From positions 1 to 48,503 of the forward strand of contig JBATIW010000066.1 in assembly GCA_049668005.1 (NCBI GenBank): a stretch of 48,503 nucleotides of DNA, written 5' to 3'. Shown here one piece after another: positions 40,511-48,503 of the stretch (positions within the stretch are counted from its first letter, which is position 1; every line of letters begins with the position of its first letter). The translations under genes were made by a program, and so were the position numbers. The notes beneath the pieces are model-generated. The model saw nothing but the letters and a program-made list of their open reading frames with translations, ran no database searches and was not told the DNA's origin. Origin of the DNA: Maribacter sp. (GTDB taxonomy: Bacteria; Bacteroidota; Bacteroidia; Flavobacteriales; Flavobacteriaceae).

Positions 40511-41215
40511 TCAAGGATGGCACTCCATAGTACTTGATACCATCTCTGTTACGGGTTTTGGGGAAATGTAAGGAATACCTAATCCCATTCCACGAAGAAT
40601 AAAAAGTACACCTATTACCACCACAAAAACTGGAATTAATTGTTGAATTTTTCTTTTAGCCCCACGCTTTAATAAACCGCTCATATATATGGCCGTTGTC
40701 ATTAAAGGAATAGTGCCGAGCCCAAATAGTACCATATATAGGCCGCCTTCTAAAGCACTGCCCATGGCAATTGCTCCGAAAAGGGCCATATAGACCAAAC
40801 CACACGGCAGAAAGCCGTTTAAGAAGCCTATGGTTAGAAATGTATCTGGACTTTTCTTTTTTAGTTCCTTACCTAATCGGCTTTTTAATTTGGAGATAAT
40901 TCTGATTACCGGTTTTGATAGATTATACTTTCCAATAGTTTTATAAGGTATAAGCACTATGACAATCATTAAAACCCCAATGATGATAGAAAGTTTTTGT
41001 TGCATGCCAAATACATAAAGGCCCTTACCCAACAGGCCAAAGACCAAACCAATAAGACCGTAAGCAAGTAATCTTCCCAAGTGATAAACCAGAATTTGGA
41101 TGAATTTCCTGAAATTATTACTTCTATCAACAGGTAGCATAAAGGCTATGGGGCCACACATTCCAACGCAGTGGAGACTCCCCATAAGACCTAAAGCTAT
41201 CGCTGATATTAACAT
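40511..41215 (-). CDS. cbb3-associated DsbD_2/TauE-like membrane protein
   Basis: GSLHCVGMCGP, GFLPCGLVY and FGLGT; last gene of the cco operon. Confidence 0.88.
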   Translation of the reverse strand: MLISAIALGLMGSLHCVGMCGPIAFMLPVDRSNNFRKFIQILVYHLGRLLAYGLIGLVFGLLGKGLYVFGMQQKLSIIIGVLMIVIVLIPYKTIGKYNLSKPVIRIISKLKSRLGKELKKKSPDTFLTIGFLNGFLPCGLVYMALFGAIAMGSALEGGLYMVLFGLGTIPLMTTAIYMSGLLKRGAKRKIQQLIPVFVVVIGVLFILRGMGLGIPYISPKPVTEMVSSTMECHP

Positions 41216-41218
41216 GGG

Positions 41219-41665
41219 TTAATAGGTTATGTTTTTTTTGAATAAATAAGGCTTATCCTGGTATTGCCAAGCAATTTTAATGTCCCAGCGACCATCCAAC
41301 AAACGTTTGTCAGGTATGAGCAAATGTGTATTGGATAAACTTATGGGTAAGTCAAAATCCAAGTGTTTATTGGACGGTCTGTATAGGGACACTGTGCCTT
41401 TTATTTTTTCTAGATTTAAATCCTTTGGAAACTGAACGACCAATCCCTCCGGGGTTTTACTGATTATTAATTTTGAGGATAAATTATTTGCGTTGGTCTC
41501 TGCATCAATTTCTTTTTGGTAACCTAATTCTGCCTTATAATATTCTTCCGTGACCAAATCATGGTTGGCCCGATCGTCCATACTCATTCTTACTACAAAA
41601 AACAGTATAAATCCTATGAAGCCGATAAATGCCAGTACAATTCCTGTCCCCCAATTTATTTTCAT
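41219..41665 (-). CDS. ccoH: FixH/CcoH family protein
   Basis: NWGTGI TM anchor, LV.EEYY..EL.YQ and LYRPS; follows ccoG. Confidence 0.85.
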   Translation of the reverse strand: MKINWGTGIVLAFIGFIGFILFFVVRMSMDDRANHDLVTEEYYKAELGYQKEIDAETNANNLSSKLIISKTPEGLVVQFPKDLNLEKIKGTVSLYRPSNKHLDFDLPISLSNTHLLIPDKRLLDGRWDIKIAWQYQDKPYLFKKNITY

Positions 41666-41692
41666 AATTTATCTTTAAGTGCGATAACGCCT

Positions 41693-43111
41693 CTAATTAA
41701 AATTTCTTGGTGCCAAAAATCTCGCAGTTGTTGTTTCGATTAATTTATCACCACTGTAAACACCGATTTTCAATTTGTCTTTGTCGCCATTAAGCGCCGA
41801 ATTATCTATTTCCACAAATAATGTGCCTTCAGCTAAATCCTGGGCCGCTACAATAAAATTCTCATGTGTGACCAACTCAATTGTTCCGGCATGGGATAAA
41901 AGTTTAAAGCTTACATCAGGAATTTCCTTTGTGGTTTTATTGATCAATTTATAGGTATATACATTACTGATGATATTCCCTTCTTTATGTTCATACAATT
42001 GCCCAGGAAGCCTAAGAATATTCGCCTCCAAATCATTTCGTAAGAAAAGCATGCCAATAAAAACACCAGTTAAAATGACCAAAACAGCGGAGTATCCCTT
42101 AAGCCTTGGCGTAAACTTGAATGGCTCTTTTTTAGTAATTTCGTCCTCACTAGCATAGCGAATCAAACCTTTCGGAAGATTTACCTTCTCCATTATGGTA
42201 TCACACTCATCAATACACGCCGTACAGTTTATGCATTCAAGCTGAGTACCATTCCTGATATCTATATTGGTAGGGCAAACATGCACACATTGCATACAAT
42301 CAATACAATCCCCATTACCAAGTGCCTCACGATCTTCATTCTTGCGGAATTTTTTTCTTCCATTTTCACCTTCACCGCGCTTATGGTCATAGGCCACGAT
42401 AATAGATTTATTATCTAAAAGTACACCTTGCATTCTCCCATAAGGGCAGGCAATAATACATACCTGCTCTCTAAACCAGGCGAAAATAAAATAGAATACT
42501 GCTGTAAAGACCAATAGTGCAATCAACGTACTAACATGTGTCAAAGGACCATCTGTGATATATTGGATTAATCGGTCACCGCCAATTAAATATGCTAGAA
42601 ATACGTTAGCTATGATAAATGAAATTATAAAAAAAACAATCCATTTAGTGACTCGTTTTCTAATTTTTTCAGCATTCCATGGTTGGCGATCCAAACGTTT
42701 CTGTGCACCTCGGTCACCATCTATCCAGAACTCTATCCTTCGGAAAACCATTTCCATAAAAATGGTCTGGGGGCAGATCCATCCACAGAAAATACGGCCA
42801 AAGGCTACGGTAAACAAGGCAATGAAAATAACCCCAATAATCATTGAGACCACAAACAGGTGAAAATCCTGTGGCCAAAACGGAAAACCGAATATATTGA
42901 AACGACGCTCCAATACATTGAACATTAAAAATTGATTTCCGTTGATCTTTATAAATGGTGACAACATTAAAAAAGCCAGTAAAAAGTAGCTGACCCATTT
43001 TCTGTACTCGTAAAATTTGCCACTAGGTTTTTTAGGGAATACCCATGCGCGCGTGCCTTCTTCGCTAATCGTGCCTATTGAATCCCTAAAATTATCACTG
43101 TCTTGAGCCAT
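41693..43111 (-). CDS. ccoG: cbb3 oxidase accessory protein CcoG
   Basis: GRIFCGWICPQT, REQVC..ACPYGR, CIDCMQCVHVCP and CINCTACIDEC. Confidence 0.95.
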   Translation of the reverse strand: MAQDSDNFRDSIGTISEEGTRAWVFPKKPSGKFYEYRKWVSYFLLAFLMLSPFIKINGNQFLMFNVLERRFNIFGFPFWPQDFHLFVVSMIIGVIFIALFTVAFGRIFCGWICPQTIFMEMVFRRIEFWIDGDRGAQKRLDRQPWNAEKIRKRVTKWIVFFIISFIIANVFLAYLIGGDRLIQYITDGPLTHVSTLIALLVFTAVFYFIFAWFREQVCIIACPYGRMQGVLLDNKSIIVAYDHKRGEGENGRKKFRKNEDREALGNGDCIDCMQCVHVCPTNIDIRNGTQLECINCTACIDECDTIMEKVNLPKGLIRYASEDEITKKEPFKFTPRLKGYSAVLVILTGVFIGMLFLRNDLEANILRLPGQLYEHKEGNIISNVYTYKLINKTTKEIPDVSFKLLSHAGTIELVTHENFIVAAQDLAEGTLFVEIDNSALNGDKDKLKIGVYSGDKLIETTTARFLAPRNFN

Positions 43112-43141
43112 TGCCTAATCTTCTATTATAGAAAAAGAGTA

Positions 43142-44086
43142 CTATTCATTGATTGCAACTGTAACTGAATCAGGTGCTTGTTCCACAGGTGCTTCTTCCT
43201 GTTTTGGGGCGTTCTCATCAACCCATATATCACCTTCTGGAGCTTTTGGGTTTGCTGGCGTTGTTCCTTGGAAAGTCAGCAGATAACTCGAAACTTGGGC
43301 GATTTCAACTGGTTTTAGGGTTTGTTTCCAAGCAACCATGCCTTTACCATCCCGACCACCTTCAGCAATGGTATTAAAGACATTTTTTATGCCTCCACCT
43401 AATATCCAGTTTTCATCAGTAAGATTCGGGCCAATACCACCTCCACCATCGGCCATATGGCATACAGCACATGTACTTTCAAATATTGCCTTACCGGCAC
43501 TTAAGTCAGAAGCTTCTGTCAATAACTCCACTGTATTGGCGTCAACTAAATCTTTAGCCGTTTTCTTGTATTCCTCTATGGCGAGTGTAGCTGCGGCCAC
43601 TTCTTGCTCATATTCCAGGGCTTGATCGTAATCCCCAACAATATGGAAACGAATCAAATAAACAACACCAAAAATAATCGTGGCATAGAACATCCAAACC
43701 CACCAAGGTGGAAGCCCATTATCTAATTCCCGGATTCCATCATAATTATGGTCCAAGATAATCTCACCTTCTTTCTCTATCGGTTTGTTACCGGTAAGTT
43801 TGCTCCAAACTCTTTTGCCCCAGGCCCATTCGTACTGCGATGATTTTGCTTCGAGATAACGTTCCTTGGCTTCTTTTGATAAGGTTTGGAACATAACGTT
43901 CTCAATTGATTTCAAAATCAATTCTATAGCAATCAAGATCAATAAGACCATTAGCATAAAGAACTGTGTAATCGGGTATTCTAAGATTGCTGGTTTTTCA
44001 CCAGAGTCTATAAAGTACTCCATCAATCCAAGAATGATGAAGAATATTACGGGGATTCTAATCCACCAAGGTGACATATTTTTCAT
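43142..44086 (-). CDS. ccoP: cbb3 oxidase subunit III (single heme)
   Basis: HNYDGIRELDNGLPPWW, CAVCH, GPNLTD and KGMVAW. Confidence 0.95.
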   Translation of the reverse strand: MKNMSPWWIRIPVIFFIILGLMEYFIDSGEKPAILEYPITQFFMLMVLLILIAIELILKSIENVMFQTLSKEAKERYLEAKSSQYEWAWGKRVWSKLTGNKPIEKEGEIILDHNYDGIRELDNGLPPWWVWMFYATIIFGVVYLIRFHIVGDYDQALEYEQEVAAATLAIEEYKKTAKDLVDANTVELLTEASDLSAGKAIFESTCAVCHMADGGGGIGPNLTDENWILGGGIKNVFNTIAEGGRDGKGMVAWKQTLKPVEIAQVSSYLLTFQGTTPANPKAPEGDIWVDENAPKQEEAPVEQAPDSVTVAINE

Positions 44087-44277
44087 AATAGTTGATTATT
44101 ATTTTGGTTGTTATCTTCTAAGGGTAGTTCACTCACTTCTTTGATGTACTCTTTTCGTGCGGTAAATACCCACCAGAAAAGCAACACAAAAAAGACAAAG
44201 AATATGAGTAATGATATCATTGGATAGGTGGCCACGCCCTCTATACTCTCCATATGGTTTTTTACGAATTTCAACAT
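44083..44277 (-). CDS. ccoQ: cbb3 oxidase subunit CcoQ
   Basis: 64-aa single-TM protein ending ..SELPLED, between ccoNO and ccoP. Confidence 0.88.
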   Translation of the reverse strand: MLKFVKNHMESIEGVATYPMISLLIFFVFFVLLFWWVFTARKEYIKEVSELPLEDNNQNNNQLL

Positions 44278-44280
44278 AGC

Positions 44281-46473
44281 TTATTTATTTTCAGATAAGA
44301 GTTCTCCTGTTTCCTTAACCTTTATATCGGTTCCCAATCGTTGCAGATATGCTATCAATGAAACTATTTCTCTATCTCTCATTGGAATATATTCTGCTCC
44401 ACCAGCTATTTCATTTTCTTCAAATGATCTTTTTAAATCTGGATTTTCCTTAAGTCTTTCAACAATGGCTGTAGCTTGTTCTTCAATAGAAACATTGGCA
44501 TTAGCGATATCCTCTTCTGTATAAGGAACGCCCAAACTAACCATGGCTTCCATTTTCCCTTGAACATTACTAAGGTCATGTTTGTCTCGTACCAACCATT
44601 GGTAGGCAGGCATAATAGAACCGGATGACGTACTTTGTGGATCATACATATGGTTGAAATGCCAGCTATCAGAATATTTGCCTCCAACTCTCAATAAATC
44701 TGGACCTGTACGTTTACTTCCCCATAGGAATGGATGGTCGTACACAAATTCCCCTGCTTTCGCATATTCCCCATAGCGTTCAACTTCGCTTCTGAAAGGT
44801 CGTACCATTTGGGAATGGCAACCTACACAGCCTTCTCTAATGTAAAGGTCCCTACCTTCTAATTCCAGTGGTGTATAGGGTTTAACGCTGCTTATGGTCG
44901 GTATGTTAGATTTGACCATAATGGTAGGTACAATTTGAACTAGACCTCCAATTAAAATGGCAACTGTCGCTAAAATGGTCAATTGAATAGGCTTGCGCTC
45001 TAACCAAGTATGGAATGTTTCACCGGATGTTCTGCTTTTGGATACCCTTGTTAAGGCAGCAGCTTCCGCTAACTCATCTTCTACTTTACTTCCAGATTTG
45101 ATGGTCACAACAATATTGTAAATCATTACAATCGCACCAAGGATATAAAGACTACCACCAATGGCACGCATCCAATACATAGGCATAATTTCGTTTACGG
45201 TTTCCAGGAAGTTCCCGTAAGCCAATGTTCCGTCAGGGTTAAATTCTTTCCACATAAGGGCTTGGGTAAAACCAGCAACATACATTGGTAAGGCATAAAG
45301 AATAATACCAAGGGTGCCAATCCAGAAATGGAAGTTGGCCAGTCCTAAAGAAAATAATCTTGTTTTGAACATCTTAGGAACCAAATAATAAATCATACCA
45401 AAGGTCAAGAATCCGTTCCAAGCCAAAGCCCCAACGTGAACGTGGGCTATGATCCAGTCACTGAAGTGGGCAATTGCATTTACGTTTTTAAGTGAAAGCA
45501 TTGGGCCTTCAAAAGTTGCCATACCATAACCGGTGATTGCAACAACCATGAATTTTAAGGTTGGGTCTGTTCTAACTTTATCCCAAGCTCCACGTAAGGT
45601 CAATAGTCCGTTGATCATACCACCCCATGAAGGAGCAATCAACATTACTGAAAAGGCAACACCTAAGTTTTGTGCCCAGTCGGGTAAAGCTGTGTACAAC
45701 AAGTGGTGAGGACCTGCCCAGATGTATATGAAAATCAACGACCAGAAGTGAACAATTGAGAGTCGATAGGAGTAAACAGGTCTGTTGGCCGCTTTAGGCA
45801 CAAAATAATACATAAGTCCTAAGAACGGGGTGGTCAAAAAGAATGCCACCGCATTATGGCCATACCACCATTGCACTAGGGCATCTTGCACACCGGCATA
45901 TACGGAGTAACTTTTTAGGGCACTGACCGGTAATTCCAAGCTATTGAATATATGTAATACGGCAACTGTTACAAATGTAGCAACGTAGAACCAGATGGCG
46001 ACATATAAATGTCGCTGTCTTCGCTTGATCATTGTGCCAATTAAGTTAACACCAAAAGCTACCCAGACCAAAGCAATGGCTATATCTATAGGCCACTCTA
46101 ATTCTGCATACTCTTTTGAAGTTGTATACCCTAAGGGAAGTGTAATCGCTGCAGCTACGATGATCAATTGCCATCCCCAGAAATTAAACTTACTTAAGAA
46201 ATCACTGAACATACGTGCTTTCAATAACCTTTGCGTTGAGTAGTATACCCCAGCAAATATCGCATTACCTACAAAGGCGAATATCACGGCATTGGTGTGC
46301 AATGGTCGTAAACGACCAAAACTCAACCATGAGATACCATCGGTTACGTTTGGGAAAAGGAACATGAAGGCCAAGAGTAGACCAACTGACATCCCTACAA
46401 TTCCCCAAAGCATGGTAGCATAGAGGAAATTTTTTACGATTTTGTTATCGTAATAGAACTGTTGTACTTCCAT
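44281..46473 (-). CDS. ccoN: cbb3 cytochrome c oxidase fused subunits I/II (CcoN-CcoO)
   Basis: GRLRPLHTN, QWWYGHNAV, WAGPHH and HVH, followed by CcoO motifs EGCVGCHSQMVRP and WGSKRTGPDL. Confidence 0.97.
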   Translation of the reverse strand: MEVQQFYYDNKIVKNFLYATMLWGIVGMSVGLLLAFMFLFPNVTDGISWLSFGRLRPLHTNAVIFAFVGNAIFAGVYYSTQRLLKARMFSDFLSKFNFWGWQLIIVAAAITLPLGYTTSKEYAELEWPIDIAIALVWVAFGVNLIGTMIKRRQRHLYVAIWFYVATFVTVAVLHIFNSLELPVSALKSYSVYAGVQDALVQWWYGHNAVAFFLTTPFLGLMYYFVPKAANRPVYSYRLSIVHFWSLIFIYIWAGPHHLLYTALPDWAQNLGVAFSVMLIAPSWGGMINGLLTLRGAWDKVRTDPTLKFMVVAITGYGMATFEGPMLSLKNVNAIAHFSDWIIAHVHVGALAWNGFLTFGMIYYLVPKMFKTRLFSLGLANFHFWIGTLGIILYALPMYVAGFTQALMWKEFNPDGTLAYGNFLETVNEIMPMYWMRAIGGSLYILGAIVMIYNIVVTIKSGSKVEDELAEAAALTRVSKSRTSGETFHTWLERKPIQLTILATVAILIGGLVQIVPTIMVKSNIPTISSVKPYTPLELEGRDLYIREGCVGCHSQMVRPFRSEVERYGEYAKAGEFVYDHPFLWGSKRTGPDLLRVGGKYSDSWHFNHMYDPQSTSSGSIMPAYQWLVRDKHDLSNVQGKMEAMVSLGVPYTEEDIANANVSIEEQATAIVERLKENPDLKRSFEENEIAGGAEYIPMRDREIVSLIAYLQRLGTDIKVKETGELLSENK

Positions 46474-46475
46474 AA

Positions 46476-46700
46476 TTACAATTTTTGACTTTTATTTAGT
46501 TGGATTGATTTATTCTCGTTTTCATTGACTGTTGAAGAAGGCGGAGTAGGGTCCTTTACCAGTTCATCTTCAAAGAGCATGCGCACAGAGGGAGTGTACG
46601 AATCATCGTACTGTCCACTCCTGACCGAAATTATAAACGCGGTGAAAAAGCCTATCGCAACAATGATGCTGATAGTCAATAACACATAAATAACACTCAT
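46476..46700 (-). CDS. ccoS: cbb3 oxidase assembly protein CcoS
   Basis: N-terminal TM segment and SGQYDD..TP..RMLF. Confidence 0.92.
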   Translation of the reverse strand: MSVIYVLLTISIIVAIGFFTAFIISVRSGQYDDSYTPSVRMLFEDELVKDPTPPSSTVNENENKSIQLNKSQKL

Positions 46701-46720
46701 ACCTTACCTGAATTTCGACG

Positions 46721-46763
46721 TAAAACTACATGTCTCACAAAGTTCAAAAAATGACTTTTGTCA
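46721..46763 (-). promoter_or_regulatory. cco promoter: TGACAAAAGTCA box plus -7-like TAGTTTTA
   Basis: + strand TGACTTTTGTCA at 46752-46763 and minus-strand TAGTTTTA at 46728-46721, separated by 23 bp. Confidence 0.72.
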
Positions 46764-46774
46764 GTTTTTCCAAA

Positions 46775-48503
46775 TTATTTTAATTTTTTCCCTAAAACAC
46801 CAGTTGCCAAGGTTGTGAACCCCACGACGCTAATGGAGCTTAAGGGCATTAAGATTGCTGCAATTACGGGTTCTAATTGACCAGTTACTGCAAAATACAA
46901 CCCAATAACATTATATAAAAATGACAATAAAAAACTTAGTTTAATTATTTTCATTGCTTTTTTTGACGCGATAATATATTTATGGAGCTCTTCAAATTTT
47001 GAGGCATCAAGAATCCCGTCGCACGCAGGAGAAAAAACATTCACATTTTCGGAAATGGCGATACCCACATCACTCTGTGCCAAGGCCCCGGCGTCATTTA
47101 AGCCGTCACCAACCATCATTACTTTTTTCCCCTGTTCCTGAAGCGAATTTATAAAATTCAATTTGTCCTTTGGTTTTTGGTTGAAATACATTGGGGTCAG
47201 CTTCGGCAATATTTTTTCAAGCCTGGTTTTTTCTCCGGCATTATCACCGGACAAAATAGCCAAAGCCAAAGTCTTGTCCATTTCCTTGAATACACTGGAG
47301 ACACCCTTACGGTAGTGATTATGAAACACGAACCGCCCTTTATAGGTGTTATTACTGCTTATATGAACAGATGTATTTTGGGGATCCGAATCTATTGAAT
47401 TCCCAACGAAATCCGCTGAACCTACTTTTATATGATCATCATCTTTTTTGCCTTCCAACCCTTGGCCTAAATGTTCTTGATATTCATCTAGTGGCACTAT
47501 ATTATGTGCTGCCAGCAAATCGTACAATGTGCGACTTAAGGGATGGTTCGAAGCTCGTAATGTGTTTTTTAAAAGTGATTCTTCCTCATAAGAAAGCCGC
47601 ATGCCTTCATAGGTTGCACTGCTTTTCTGGGTTGTAGTTATGGTCCCTGTTTTATCAAAAATTGCCGTATCAATTTGAGCTAATTGTTCAATGGTTTTTG
47701 TGTCTTTTAAATAGAATTTTTTGCGCCCAAAAATCCGCAACATATTCCCAAGGGTAAATGGCGCTGCCAACGCTATTGCACAGGGGCATGCAATAATTAA
47801 AACGGCTGTAAATACGTTCATCGCCTTACTGCTGTCAAGATAAAGCCAAAAGACTGTTGCTACCAAAGCAATCGTTAAAACGGCATATGTAAAACGTTTT
47901 CCAATACTATCGGTCAGTGTTTGGAATTTACTTGATTGGTCAAAACTAAAAACGGTATTACCCCATAGTTGGGTCAAGTAACTCTGCGAGACTGATTTTA
48001 GAACATCCATCTCAATGGCACTTCCCAATTGTTTACCCCCGGCGTAGATCTTATCACCGGATTCCTTGAAAACAGGTTCCGATTCTCCCGTTACAAAGCT
48101 ATAATCAATTTGGGCACGACCATTTATGAGAATACCATCAACAGGTATTAATTCCTCGTTTCTGATTAGTAACCTATCCCCTTTTTTAATAGCATAGACT
48201 TGAACGGTTTCCTCTTTGTTATTGTCGGTGACCCTTGTTATGGCTATCGGGAAATATGATTTGTAATCCCGTTCAAAAGAAAGAAATGAATAGGTTTTCT
48301 GTTGAAAGAACTTACCCAATAAAAGGAAGAATATCAATCCTGTTAAACTGTCAAAAAAACCGGTGCCCCAATCAAAGATGATTTCCAAGGTGCTTCTAGT
48401 AAAAAGCACTAGAATTCCGAGGGCAATGGGCACATCTATATTCAAAATTTTGGACCTAAGGCCTTTGTAGGCTGAAATAAAATAGTCTTGTCCTGCATAG
48501 AAA
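46775..48503 (-). CDS. ccoI: P1B-type (Cu) ATPase CcoI/FixI; 5' end lies outside the window
   Basis: TGES, IACPCA, DKTGT, HPL and GDGLNDA. The frame stays open to the window edge (FYAGQDYFISAYKGLRSKILNIDVP). Adjacent to ccoS. Confidence 0.9.
   Translation of the reverse strand, partial: FYAGQDYFISAYKGLRSKILNIDVPIALGILVLFTRSTLEIIFDWGTGFFDSLTGLIFFLLLGKFFQQKTYSFLSFERDYKSYFPIAITRVTDNNKEETVQVYAIKKGDRLLIRNEELIPVDGILINGRAQIDYSFVTGESEPVFKESGDKIYAGGKQLGSAIEMDVLKSVSQSYLTQLWGNTVFSFDQSSKFQTLTDSIGKRFTYAVLTIALVATVFWLYLDSSKAMNVFTAVLIIACPCAIALAAPFTLGNMLRIFGRKKFYLKDTKTIEQLAQIDTAIFDKTGTITTTQKSSATYEGMRLSYEEESLLKNTLRASNHPLSRTLYDLLAAHNIVPLDEYQEHLGQGLEGKKDDDHIKVGSADFVGNSIDSDPQNTSVHISSNNTYKGRFVFHNHYRKGVSSVFKEMDKTLALAILSGDNAGEKTRLEKILPKLTPMYFNQKPKDKLNFINSLQEQGKKVMMVGDGLNDAGALAQSDVGIAISENVNVFSPACDGILDASKFEELHKYIIASKKAMKIIKLSFLLSFLYNVIGLYFAVTGQLEPVIAAILMPLSSISVVGFTTLATGVLGKKLK

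Noticed and set aside
44281..46473. CcoN-CcoO fusion as a novelty
   Set aside because: This fusion is the usual arrangement in Bacteroidota

Overview
AT-rich Bacteroidota window, most likely Flavobacteriaceae (fused ccoNO, lipoprotein-type clade II nosZ, TAnnTTTG -7 promoter boxes). The left part (1-16.3 kb) is carbohydrate catabolism: kdgK (partial), eda and a PhyH-type dioxygenase; an oxidative L-fucose/L-galactose to altronate cluster (Zn dehydrogenase, uxaA, uxaB, lactonase, SDR, fucP, mutarotase); a sulfatase; xylBA; and a sugar kinase/nucleotidyltransferase pair. The right part (16.4-48.5 kb) is a low-oxygen/nitrogen-oxide region: hemN-usp, an Rrf2 regulator, a clade II nos cluster with extra genes (cytochrome c, fasciclin, cupin, then a GH76-like Tat protein and a His-rich membrane protein), a truncated hemoglobin, a TetR-ABC-TolC export operon, an acetyl-CoA hydrolase and the cbb3 oxidase operon. 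Main observations read from the sequence: (1) nosZ and the mutarotase are each broken by a single in-frame TAA where Glu is expected; (2) hemN, the nos cluster and the cco operon share a TGAC-N4-RTCA box exactly 23 bp upstream of the -7 element; (3) a GGACA-N4/5-TGTCC motif sits at the rrf2 promoter and again at the apex of a long hairpin inside the nos cluster; (4) a frameshifted remnant resembling a fucosidase C-terminus lies after uxaB. No rRNA, tRNA, CRISPR array or mobile element was seen. All product calls come from recognising motifs and families by eye, without database searches.
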